This document shows, one piece after another, positions 1 to 9,131 of a stretch of 33,823 bases of DNA (position 1 is the first letter of the stretch; each line of letters starts with the position of its first letter). The notes under the pieces are model-generated. The model did no database searches. It saw nothing but the letters and a program-made list of their open reading frames with translations, and was not told the DNA's origin. The stretch lies in NCBI GenBank assembly GCA_024404125.1, contig JAKSQL010000001.1, positions 1 to 33,823 on the forward strand. Reading direction: 5' to 3'. This stretch comes from Clostridia bacterium (lineage in GTDB: Bacteria; Bacillota; Clostridia; Oscillospirales; Acutalibacteraceae). Made by a program: the position numbers and the translations under genes.

Positions 1-788
1 ACTGTGTTGACAATATACCTCCTGCAATAATACCGTCTTTCGTGGAACTTTCCAAACGCGGCAGTACGGAACTTAACAAAATGGCAATAGTAACCGATGC
101 GCGCGGCGGAGATATGTTTGACGAAATTTCCGAAGTGCTTTCAAATCTGAAAGCGAATAATGTTCAGTATAAGATTTTGTTTCTTGATGCAACCGATTCG
201 GTGCTTATAAGCCGTTTTAAAGAAAACCGCCGTAAACATCCTCTTTGTGACCGCCTCGCTATTTCGCTTTCCTCTGCGGTTAAAGAGGAGAGGAAACTGC
301 TTTCAAAAATATACGAAATGGCGGATTATACACTTGATACAAGTCTTATATCGAGCAGTCAGTTAAAGAGTCAACTTTCGGGTATTTTTCTTGAAAACAA
401 CAACGGTATGCTCAATATACAGTGCAAATCGTTCGGTTTTAAGTACGGCAGTGACTTTGATGCCGATATAATATTTGACGTACGGTGTTTACCAAACCCC
501 TTTTATATTGACGAATTAAGACCGAAAACGGGACTTGACAAAGATGTCAGCGATTACGTTTTAAGTTTTGAACAAAGTAAGGTTTTTGCTCAAAAAGTAA
601 TTGATTTTATAGATTTTGCGCTGCCGCTTTATATAAGTGAGGGCAAAAGTCAACTCGTAATATCTTTCGGTTGCACAGGCGGAAATCACCGTTCGGTTAC
701 GTTTGCGGAACTTTTGTGCGACCACCTTAAAAAGAAAGGATATGTCGCAAACACGATACACAGAGATATACATAAGGGAGTGAAGTAA
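1..788 (+). CDS. rapZ: RNase adapter protein RapZ (YvcJ family), 5'-truncated by window edge
   Basis: Frame is open from the window start (CVDNIPPAIIPSFVEL...). C-terminal GCTGGNHRSV motif is typical of RapZ. The Met at 42 in the ORF track is internal. Confidence 0.85.
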   Translation, partial: CVDNIPPAIIPSFVELSKRGSTELNKMAIVTDARGGDMFDEISEVLSNLKANNVQYKILFLDATDSVLISRFKENRRKHPLCDRLAISLSSAVKEERKLLSKIYEMADYTLDTSLISSSQLKSQLSGIFLENNNGMLNIQCKSFGFKYGSDFDADIIFDVRCLPNPFYIDELRPKTGLDKDVSDYVLSFEQSKVFAQKVIDFIDFALPLYISEGKSQLVISFGCTGGNHRSVTFAELLCDHLKKKGYVANTIHRDIHKGVK

Positions 789-789
789 T

Positions 790-1692
790 TTGTCGTTTAA
801 TACCGACATTAAAAACGAACTCGTGAATTTAAGACCGTCCTATTGCTGCAAGCAGTCGCTTATATACGGCTTTTTGTTGTTTAGTCGGTCTTTTTCAATA
901 AAGAAGATAGTTATGCAAACCGAGAATGAGCAGACGGCAAATCTTTATAAAAGTTTGCTCTTTGAGGTTTACGGAGCCGACGTGACCGTTAAAAAAGGCG
1001 GCGGCAAAAGGACAACCTATGTCGCAAGTGTAGTAAGCGAAGCAGACCGTCTTAAAATTTTGGCATCGGTGGATTTCGGTATATTTGAGGGCAAAATCAA
1101 CTCCGAAAGTTTTATAAAAGAGTGTTGTGCAAAGAGTTTTGTAAGAGGCGCTTTTCTTGCCTGCGGTCATATAACCGACCCCGATAAAGATTACAGGGTG
1201 GATTTCCCGATTAAAGAAAAGAAACTTGCCGAGGAGTTTTGCGGACTGCTTAAAGAATACTATATAGATGCGCATATCTCAAAGCGGCAAAGCGGGTATT
1301 TGCTCTATATCAAGCGCAACGAAATGATTGTAAATCTCTTGGCAATTATCGGTGCATCGGCAAGGAGTTTGCAACTTATAGAAACCTCGATTATAAAGAG
1401 TGTCAAAAACAACACCAACCGTGCGCTTAACTGTGACAGTGCAAACATAAACAAAACCGTTGAAGCGTCTATAAAACAGCGCAAAGCGATAGAATATTTA
1501 AAAGAAAACGATATATTTTTAAGTTTGCCCGAAGAACTTATCGAGGCGGCAAATTTAAGAACACAGTACCCCGAAATATCACTTAAAGAATTATCAAAAA
1601 AGAGCAGTGAGCCGATAAGTGTATCGGGACTTTCTCACCGCTTTAAAAGGATAACGGATATAGCCGAAGAAATCAAAAAGAGAAAATCATAA
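790..1692 (+). CDS. whiA: DNA-binding sporulation/cell-division regulator WhiA
   Basis: TTG start 2 nt after the rapZ stop. N-terminus MSFNTDIKNELV resembles WhiA, with a LAGLIDADG-like middle and a C-terminal HTH (ISLKELSKKSSEPISVSGLSHRFKRI). Position next to rapZ is conserved. Confidence 0.85.
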   Translation: MSFNTDIKNELVNLRPSYCCKQSLIYGFLLFSRSFSIKKIVMQTENEQTANLYKSLLFEVYGADVTVKKGGGKRTTYVASVVSEADRLKILASVDFGIFEGKINSESFIKECCAKSFVRGAFLACGHITDPDKDYRVDFPIKEKKLAEEFCGLLKEYYIDAHISKRQSGYLLYIKRNEMIVNLLAIIGASARSLQLIETSIIKSVKNNTNRALNCDSANINKTVEASIKQRKAIEYLKENDIFLSLPEELIEAANLRTQYPEISLKELSKKSSEPISVSGLSHRFKRITDIAEEIKKRKS

Positions 1693-1710
1693 AAGGAGAG
1701 TTATACGGCA

Positions 1711-4700
1711 ATGGATTTTGTTCATTTGCACTTACATACGCAGTACAGTTTGCTTGACGGTTGTTGCCGTATAAACAAACTTATAGATAAGGTAAAAGAT
1801 ATCGGACAGTCGGCGGTTGCCATTACCGACCACGGTGTTATGTACGGTGCGATAGAGTTTTACAAAGAGGCAAAAAGCAAAGGCATAAAGCCGATAATCG
1901 GTTGCGAAGTATACGTAGCGCCGAGAAGCCGTTTTGATAAACAAAAGGGGCTTGACAGCGAATATTCGCACCTTGTTTTACTTTGCGAAAATAATAAGGG
2001 CTATGAAAATTTAATAAAATTGGTATCTCTCGGCTTTACCGAGGGCTTTTATTCAAAACCGAGGGTGGACAGGCAACTGCTTTCAGAATATCACGAGGGC
2101 ATAATAGCGCTTTCCGCCTGCCTTGCGGGCGAGATACCCAAAGCGCTTTTAAAAGGCGATATCGAAACTGCTTACGAAACGGCTCTTTGGTATAAAAACA
2201 CTTTTGGCGAAAACAATTATTTTCTTGAACTGCAAGACCACTTTATAAGCGAACAAAAGCAAATAAACCCGCAGATTTTGGCGCTTTCAAAAAAAGCGGG
2301 TATACCGCTTGTCGCTACAAATGACGTGCACTATATAGAAAAAGAGGACAGTTTTATGCATAAAGTCCTCCTATGTGTGCAAACGGGCAGTAAAATAAAC
2401 GAAGAAAACTCGCTTGAATTTAAAACTAAAGAATTTTATCTTAAAACGGGCGAGGAAATGGCGGCGTTATTTGATTATGCGCCCTCTGCGATAGAAAACA
2501 CCGTAAAAATTGCCGAGCGGTGTAACGTGGATTTTGAGTTCGGCAAAATAAAACTGCCGTACTTTGATACCGGCGGAATTGACCATTTTGAGTATTTTAA
2601 ACAAAAGTGCTTTGAGGGGCTTTACAAAAAATACGGCAAGGATAACAAAGAAGCTCAAAATCGGCTTAATTACGAACTCTCGGTAATAAATAAGATGGGG
2701 TATGTAGACTACTATCTTATAGTCTGGGATTTCGTAAATTATGCCAAAACGCACGGTATACCCGTAGGTCCGGGCAGGGGCTCGGGAGCAGGCAGTATAG
2801 CGGCATACTGCATAGGCATTACGGGCATAGACCCTATTAAATACGGACTCATTTTCGAGCGGTTTCTTAATCCCGAAAGGGTTTCTATGCCCGATTTTGA
2901 TATCGATTTTTGCTACGTTAACAGACAAAAGGTAATAGATTACGTCATAGAGAAATACGGAGAGGACCGCGTAGCGCAGATAGTAACTTTCGGCACTATG
3001 GCGGCACGCGCCGCAGTAAGAGACGTAGGTCGCGCTATGGATATTCCCTATAACGTATGCGATAAAACCGCAAAACTCATACCGCAGGGAATAGGTGTTA
3101 CAATAGAAAGTGCGCTTAATAGTTCAGCGGAACTTAAAAACCTTTACGATGGTGACGAACAGATAAAGTCGCTTATTGATACCGCAATAAAGGTTGAGGG
3201 AATGCCAAGACATGCTTCTACCCACGCTGCAGGTGTGGTTATTTCGGATAGAGCGGTAAGCGATTACGTACCGCTTGCACTTAACGATGAAGCGGTTGTG
3301 ACACAGTACACTATGACCGCGCTTGACGAATTGGGACTTTTAAAAATGGACTTTTTAGGTCTTCGCAACCTTACCGTTATTGCGGACACCGAAAAAGCAA
3401 TACAAAAGCAAAACCCCGAATTTTCGGCGGAAAATATACCTATGAACGATAAAAAGACCCTTAAAATGATGTCGGAGGGCTTAAGTGAAGGTGTATTCCA
3501 ATTTGAGTCGGCAGGTATGAAAAGTGTGCTTAAAAAGTTCGGCCCCGAGAATATAGAGGACCTTATAGCAATTATTTCACTTTACCGTCCTGGCCCTATG
3601 GACTCAATACCGCGCTATATAAAAAACCGTCACAATGAAAGTGAAATAAAATACGATACACCTTTGTTAGAACCGATTTTAAACGTAACCTACGGCTGTA
3701 TAGTTTATCAGGAACAGGTTATGCAGATATTCAGAAGTCTTGCGGGATATTCGCTCGGCAGAGCGGATATAGTAAGGCGTGACATGGCAAAAAAGAAAAA
3801 AGACGTTATGGCAAAAGAGCGAAATGCCTTTATTTACGGTGAAAAGGATAAAAACGGTAATATTATCTGCGAGGGTGCAATAAACAGAGGAGTAAGCGAG
3901 GAAACGGCAAAGAAGATATTTGACGAAATGTCGGCTTTCAGTTCTTATGCTTTTAATAAATCGCATGCCGCGGCGTATGCGGTAGTAGCATATACTACGG
4001 CATATCTTAAATGTCATTACAAGAAAGAATATATGGCATCGCTTCTTACGAGTGTTCTTGAAAGCACCGATAAAATAATGCAGTACACCGATGAATGTAA
4101 GCGGCTCGGCATACAGATATTAAAGCCCGATGTAAACGAAAGTGTTGCCGATTTTATTGCTTGTGAAAACGGTATACGTTTTGGTCTGCTTGCCATAAGA
4201 AATTTAGGCACGGGACTTATTTCAAAACTTGTGGAAGAGCGCGAAAAGGGCGGTAAATACTTGTCGTTTTACGATTTTTGCAAGCGCAATTACGGTAAGG
4301 ATTTAAACCGCAGAGCAATAGAGGGACTTATAAAAAGCGGTGCGCTTGACTGCCTTTGCGATAACCGCAGAAAAATGATTTACAATACCGATTTAGTGCT
4401 TGAACTTTTAGAGCAAAAGCGCAGAACGGGCGCGGAAAATCAAATGGATTTATTCGGGAACGATACTTTTTCGGACGAGCCGGTGCTTGAAGATACCGAA
4501 GAAATGCCGTATTTGCAGTTGCTTATGTTTGAAAAAGAAGCAACGGGGCTTTATCTTTCGGGGCATCCGCTTGAAAATTATGTCGGCTTTATCGAAAACG
4601 GCAGATATACAAAGATATCCGATATCAAATCAAGCGCTTACAGTGACGGTAAACGTGTAAGCATAGTGGGACTTTTCGATAACGTTCACGCCCGTCAGAT

Positions 4701-5154
4701 GAAAAACAAAAATATAATAGTATCGGCAAATTTTGAGGATATGACGGGCAAAATACCCGTAACTGTATTTTCGGGTGCCTATGCAAAATACCGTGAGATA
4801 ATCACATCGGGCAATACGGTGATTTTAAGCGGTAAACTAAGCGAGCGGGAAGACCGTGATACAGAGATTATCTGCGACAGTGTGAGTCTTTTACCCGAAA
4901 ATGCCAATAAGGTTGCGGCAAAAATTGCGGTTGGCACACTCTACCTTAAATGCGAGAATATGAACACGCAAAAGATTAAAAACGCCTTTGAAGTTTTAAG
5001 AAAATATCACGGTAAAAATAAGGTTATAATATACTGTACCGATAATAACAAAACCTACGAGGTAAAAGAAAACCTTAAATTTGACGGCTCCGATACGGCG
5101 ATTTGCGAACTCAAAACAATACTCGGGGACAGTTGTGTAAAGTACAAAAAATAA
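1711..5154 (+). CDS. dnaE: DNA polymerase III alpha subunit (DnaE type)
   Basis: 1147 aa. PHP domain HLHLHTQYSLLDG, GPGRGSGAGS, PDFDIDF and an OB-fold tail. AGGAG-type RBS upstream of the ATG. Confidence 0.95.
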   Translation: MDFVHLHLHTQYSLLDGCCRINKLIDKVKDIGQSAVAITDHGVMYGAIEFYKEAKSKGIKPIIGCEVYVAPRSRFDKQKGLDSEYSHLVLLCENNKGYENLIKLVSLGFTEGFYSKPRVDRQLLSEYHEGIIALSACLAGEIPKALLKGDIETAYETALWYKNTFGENNYFLELQDHFISEQKQINPQILALSKKAGIPLVATNDVHYIEKEDSFMHKVLLCVQTGSKINEENSLEFKTKEFYLKTGEEMAALFDYAPSAIENTVKIAERCNVDFEFGKIKLPYFDTGGIDHFEYFKQKCFEGLYKKYGKDNKEAQNRLNYELSVINKMGYVDYYLIVWDFVNYAKTHGIPVGPGRGSGAGSIAAYCIGITGIDPIKYGLIFERFLNPERVSMPDFDIDFCYVNRQKVIDYVIEKYGEDRVAQIVTFGTMAARAAVRDVGRAMDIPYNVCDKTAKLIPQGIGVTIESALNSSAELKNLYDGDEQIKSLIDTAIKVEGMPRHASTHAAGVVISDRAVSDYVPLALNDEAVVTQYTMTALDELGLLKMDFLGLRNLTVIADTEKAIQKQNPEFSAENIPMNDKKTLKMMSEGLSEGVFQFESAGMKSVLKKFGPENIEDLIAIISLYRPGPMDSIPRYIKNRHNESEIKYDTPLLEPILNVTYGCIVYQEQVMQIFRSLAGYSLGRADIVRRDMAKKKKDVMAKERNAFIYGEKDKNGNIICEGAINRGVSEETAKKIFDEMSAFSSYAFNKSHAAAYAVVAYTTAYLKCHYKKEYMASLLTSVLESTDKIMQYTDECKRLGIQILKPDVNESVADFIACENGIRFGLLAIRNLGTGLISKLVEEREKGGKYLSFYDFCKRNYGKDLNRRAIEGLIKSGALDCLCDNRRKMIYNTDLVLELLEQKRRTGAENQMDLFGNDTFSDEPVLEDTEEMPYLQLLMFEKEATGLYLSGHPLENYVGFIENGRYTKISDIKSSAYSDGKRVSIVGLFDNVHARQMKNKNIIVSANFEDMTGKIPVTVFSGAYAKYREIITSGNTVILSGKLSEREDRDTEIICDSVSLLPENANKVAAKIAVGTLYLKCENMNTQKIKNAFEVLRKYHGKNKVIIYCTDNNKTYEVKENLKFDGSDTAICELKTILGDSCVKYKK

Positions 5155-5161
5155 ATTTTTG

Positions 5162-5190
5162 TTGATAAATTGCAATTATTGCTATATAAT
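5162..5190 (+). promoter_or_regulatory. sigma-A type promoter for pfkA (TTGATA-17 nt-TATAAT)
   Basis: Hexamers read directly at 5162-5167 and 5185-5190 with a 17-nt spacer. GGAG RBS and the ATG at 5223 lie downstream. Confidence 0.55.
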
Positions 5191-5222
5191 GCTATTTGAT
5201 ATGTTTTGGAGATGGTAATATT

Positions 5223-6182
5223 ATGAAAACTATAGGAGTACTTACAAGCGGCGGTGACGCCCCCGGTATGAACGCCGCAATTCGTGCGGTGGTAAGAACT
5301 GCAATATCGCTCGGTATGAACGTAAAGGGTATAAAAAGAGGATACAGCGGTCTTATTGACGGGGAGATAATCGACCTTGATGCAAGAAGTGTTGCAGATA
5401 TAATCAACCGCGGCGGCACAATGCTTTACACCGCAAGAAGCGGTCGCTTTAAGACCAGTGAAGGTATAGCGGCGGCTATTGAAAACTGCAAAAAATTCGG
5501 TATAGAGGGCATTGCCGTAATCGGCGGTGACGGCTCTTTCAGAGGTGCAAGGGAACTTTCAAACAGAGGTATACCCTGCGTAGGAATACCCGGTACAATA
5601 GATAACGATATTTCTTCCTCCGATTATACAATAGGTTACGATACCGCAATGAATACCGCTCTTGAAATGATAGACCGTATCCGCGATACCGCACAGTCGC
5701 ACGACCGTTGCAGTGTAATCGAGGTTATGGGCAGACACGCGGGCTATATCGCGGAAAATGTTGGTATAGCAGTAGGCGCTACCGATATTTTAATACCCGA
5801 AATCGAAAGCAATGCGGACGAGGTTATATCCCGTATTCTCGAAGCCAAAGCAAACGGCAAACAGCATTTTATTATAGTTGTTGCCGAAGGTGTAGGAAAC
5901 GTTGAAGGACTTGCAAAAGAAATTATGGATAAAACAGGTATTGATACCCGCGCTACTATATTAGGCCACGTTCAGCGCGGCGGCAATCCCACCGTACTTG
6001 ACAGAGTAAGAGCAACCCAAATGGGTAATGCGGCGGTACATCTGCTTTATAAAGGCATAGGTAACAGGGTAGTTTCTTACAAGGGCAGTAAGATAGTTGA
6101 TTTTGATATCAACGATGCACTTGAAATGAAAAAAGAAATCGCCTTTGATAAACTTACCGTTGCAAGAGAAACATCAATGTAA
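5223..6182 (+). CDS. pfkA: ATP-dependent 6-phosphofructokinase
   Basis: MKTIGVLTSGGDAPGMNAAIR, GGDGS, TIDNDI and MGRHAG motifs. The ATG at 5223 is preferred over the track start at 5196 because of the GGAG RBS. Confidence 0.95.
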   Translation: MKTIGVLTSGGDAPGMNAAIRAVVRTAISLGMNVKGIKRGYSGLIDGEIIDLDARSVADIINRGGTMLYTARSGRFKTSEGIAAAIENCKKFGIEGIAVIGGDGSFRGARELSNRGIPCVGIPGTIDNDISSSDYTIGYDTAMNTALEMIDRIRDTAQSHDRCSVIEVMGRHAGYIAENVGIAVGATDILIPEIESNADEVISRILEAKANGKQHFIIVVAEGVGNVEGLAKEIMDKTGIDTRATILGHVQRGGNPTVLDRVRATQMGNAAVHLLYKGIGNRVVSYKGSKIVDFDINDALEMKKEIAFDKLTVARETSM

Positions 6183-6190
6183 AAAAATAA

Positions 6191-6220
6191 ATCGGTATGC
6201 AACTGCATACCGATTTTTTA
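6191..6220. terminator. Bidirectional intrinsic terminator between pfkA and the PPIase gene
   Basis: ATCGGTATGC-AACT-GCATACCGAT perfect 10-bp stem, flanked by an A-run (6181-6190) and a T-run (6215-6224). Confidence 0.8.
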
Positions 6221-6233
6221 TTTTCTTCTTTTT

Positions 6234-6848
6234 TTAATCCGTAATAACTATTGATTCAATAATAGGTTGATTTTCTTTTAAAACTGTGCCGTTGTCATCG
6301 GTAACAGGTACACTTTCGGCAATTTTGTCTACAACCTCAATACCCTCGGTAACGTGACCGAAAGCGGCATACATACCGTCAAGCGTTGCATTGTCCTTAT
6401 GCATAATAAAGAACTGTGAAGATGCGCTGTTATAGGGTGTTGCTCTTGCCATTGAAATAACACCGCGCTTGTGTGAAATCGGATTTTCAAATCCGTTCGC
6501 GTAAAATTCACCCACTATGTTTTTATCACTGCCGCCGGTACCGTTGCCCTCAGGGTCGCCGCCCTGAATCATAAAGCCGGACATAATGCGGTGGAAGGTA
6601 AGGCCGTCATAAAACTTGGATTTCGCGAGGTCTAAAAAGTTCTGAACGGTTATAGGTGCGGTATTGCCGTCAAGTTCTACCTTGATAACACCGTAATCCT
6701 TAACCGTTATTACCGCATGATGAATACCTACGGAATTCTTTGAAGTAGTGGTTGTGTCCTCGGGCTTTGCTTCTTTGCCGCAACCGCAAAGCGCAGTCGC
6801 TAAAAGCATAATGCAAAGAAATAATGCCGTAAATTTAATCTTTCTCAT
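6234..6848 (-). CDS. Cyclophilin-type peptidyl-prolyl cis-trans isomerase, lipoprotein
   Basis: FHRIMSGFMIQGGDP cyclophilin core. Signal peptide with a lipobox (LATALCGC). Its ATG overlaps the upstream gene's stop (ATGA). Confidence 0.9.
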   Translation of the reverse strand: MRKIKFTALFLCIMLLATALCGCGKEAKPEDTTTTSKNSVGIHHAVITVKDYGVIKVELDGNTAPITVQNFLDLAKSKFYDGLTFHRIMSGFMIQGGDPEGNGTGGSDKNIVGEFYANGFENPISHKRGVISMARATPYNSASSQFFIMHKDNATLDGMYAAFGHVTEGIEVVDKIAESVPVTDDNGTVLKENQPIIESIVITD

Positions 6849-8167
6849 TTTCTGTTCTCCTTACTGTACGGAATATATTTAACTTTTCGTTTTCTTGTTC
6901 TTCCTTTGTTCATTCGGATTACCGCCAAAACAAAAAGTATAATAACAATTATTGCGATGCACAAAAGCACCTTGACGTAGGTGGAGGTAAGTACCCGTTT
7001 TATAAATCTCCACACCAAAAGTATATTGCTTTTCTTAACATTATCGCCCGCCACCAAATTAACGGTGCCTATAACTTTTTCTGCATATACTATTTGTGCG
7101 GTGCCTATTTTCTGCCCCTTTTTAATTGGCGCATCAACCGACTTTTCTTTAATATTCGGTATTATCTTAATGGTAGATTCGTCCGCATTGTTAGGCAATA
7201 TCGAAACAAAACCGTTTTCAACATAAAGCGGCAGAGTTGACCGATTGAAAGATAATTCCACGTTTATTTCGGTTACGGGATTTTCGGTGTTGGCTACCTC
7301 TTTGTAAGAGAAATTGTTAAATACCCAACGGTATAAATTCCTGCTGTCAACAAATTCGTGCCTCGGCACCGAGTTTTCGCACCCGAACAAAAGACACATA
7401 TAATTGTAACCGTTGTAACTTGCGGTGCTTACAAGACATCTGCCCGCTTCGTCGGTAAACCCCGTCTTAACACCTTTTGCATAGATATAATAGTAGTTGG
7501 TGATTTGATCCTGCAAAAAGTTGGTTGTGGAAATAGTACGTTTTCTTGACATATTTGTAGCAGGCACCGAATATTTTGACGATTCGCACACGGTTTTAAA
7601 GGTCTCATTTTTAAGTGCATAAAGGGCGAGCTTATAAGTGTCTGAGGCGGTAGTGTAGTTTAGTTCGTCGTGCAAACCTACGGGGTTTGCATAGTGGGTG
7701 TGCTTAAGACCTAATGCTTTCGCTTTTTCGTTCATCATATCAACGAAATTTTCAACCGTTCCTCCGAATTCGAGCGATATAAGGTATGCGCAGTCACCGT
7801 AAGATGCCATAAGCACGAAATATACCAAATCAAGATAGGTGATTTCCTCACCGATTTTAAGCCCCGATACCGCACTGCCCGTACCTTCTATGAGGTTGTA
7901 GACCTCTTTATTCATTCTAACCTTTTTTTCGGGACTGTACTTTTCACTTTCAAGCATAAGTGTTACGGTCATTATTTTAGTAATAGAGGCAGGATATACG
8001 CGTGCATTTTCGTTTTTGGAGTAGAATTTTTCTCCCGTATCAAGCGATACGAGTAATGCGCTTTTCGCGTTCACCTCAAAGCCGGACGGCTCATAAGCAA
8101 ACGCGGGTGTTGTAATACAAAAAATCAGAATAATACTTATAAAAACAGAAAAAAACTTTTTTTTCAT
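6845..8167 (-). CDS. Serine-type D-Ala-D-Ala carboxypeptidase (PBP5/DacB-like) with C-terminal membrane anchor
   Basis: SITK (SxxK) and KTG motifs. Signal peptide MKKKFFSVFISIILIFCITTPAFA. The ATG at 8167 has an AAGGAAG RBS, so the track's extension to 8251 is unlikely. Confidence 0.85.
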   Translation of the reverse strand: MKKKFFSVFISIILIFCITTPAFAYEPSGFEVNAKSALLVSLDTGEKFYSKNENARVYPASITKIMTVTLMLESEKYSPEKKVRMNKEVYNLIEGTGSAVSGLKIGEEITYLDLVYFVLMASYGDCAYLISLEFGGTVENFVDMMNEKAKALGLKHTHYANPVGLHDELNYTTASDTYKLALYALKNETFKTVCESSKYSVPATNMSRKRTISTTNFLQDQITNYYYIYAKGVKTGFTDEAGRCLVSTASYNGYNYMCLLFGCENSVPRHEFVDSRNLYRWVFNNFSYKEVANTENPVTEINVELSFNRSTLPLYVENGFVSILPNNADESTIKIIPNIKEKSVDAPIKKGQKIGTAQIVYAEKVIGTVNLVAGDNVKKSNILLVWRFIKRVLTSTYVKVLLCIAIIVIILFVLAVIRMNKGRTRKRKVKYIPYSKENRK

Positions 8168-8369
8168 AGAAATCTTCCTTGATGTGTGATATAATACATG
8201 CAGAAATCCCCTAATATCAAGGATTTCGCACTTCGTGCGACAAATCTTCAATTTTTCTGCCTATTGAATCACGGCGCAAAAATGCTCTTGCAAGCAAGCA
8301 TTTTTACTTGTGATACAATCATTATACAATATATTTTCTGAAATTTAAAGACAAAATTTTCTTTTTTGT

Positions 8370-9083
8370 GTGGTGAGATTTTTGGTATACGTAACGGGTG
8401 ATATGCACGGTTGCCTTGACCGGCTTTACGATAAGGAATTCCGCAAACTTAAAAAGGGTGACGTTTTAATAGTTTGCGGAGATTTCGGTTTTATATTCGA
8501 CGGTTCAAAAACCGAAAAGCAGGTGATAAACTTTCTTGCTACACGTAAATTCGTAACTGCTTTTGTAGAGGGTACTCACGATAATCTTGACTATATAAAT
8601 TCCTGTCGCACTACCGTATGGCAGGGCGGTATGGTACACCGAATAAAAGGAAATTTACTGCACCTTATGAGAGGTCAGGTCTTTTATATAGACGGTCAAA
8701 AGTTTTTCACGTTCGGCGGCGGAGAGAGTACCGATAGAGATATGCGCGTTGATAACGGACTTTGGTGGCGCGAAGAAGAGCCGACTCCCGAAGAAATGGC
8801 GGACGGTGCAAGAATGCTCGATGAAACCGGCTGCAACGTTGATTTTATCATAACCCACGAGCCGCCCTCTTTGGTAAAAAGCGCAATGCTTTTAAGAATA
8901 GGCAATACCGACCGCGTGAATAAACTCAACGGTTATCTTGAAGAAATAGGCCGTTCGTGCACCTTTAAACGTTGGTATTTCGGCTCGCTCCACGAAGATA
9001 AAGTAGTCACTGACCGCCACACCTGCGTTTTCAAAAAAGTAATTCCCGTATCCGTAAAACCGCAAAAGCTTGCCGAAATTTGA
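8370..9083 (+). CDS. Calcineurin-like metallophosphoesterase
   Basis: Motifs GDMHG, CGDFGF, GTHDN and ITHEPP. The start is non-ATG and uncertain: GTG at 8370, or TTG at 8382 preceded by GGTGAG. Confidence 0.7.
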   Translation: MVRFLVYVTGDMHGCLDRLYDKEFRKLKKGDVLIVCGDFGFIFDGSKTEKQVINFLATRKFVTAFVEGTHDNLDYINSCRTTVWQGGMVHRIKGNLLHLMRGQVFYIDGQKFFTFGGGESTDRDMRVDNGLWWREEEPTPEEMADGARMLDETGCNVDFIITHEPPSLVKSAMLLRIGNTDRVNKLNGYLEEIGRSCTFKRWYFGSLHEDKVVTDRHTCVFKKVIPVSVKPQKLAEI

Positions 9084-9131
9084 CATTTGTGGAATACTGT
9101 ATGGAAATAATAAAAATCTCGGAGGTAATTT

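Noticed and set aside
8276-8305. Hairpin AAAAATGCT...AGCATTTTT, flanked by A and T runs, between the divergently transcribed carboxypeptidase and metallophosphoesterase genes.
   Set aside because: It lies upstream of both genes, so a terminator role makes no sense there. The stem is AT-rich and imperfect. It may simply overlap the promoters.
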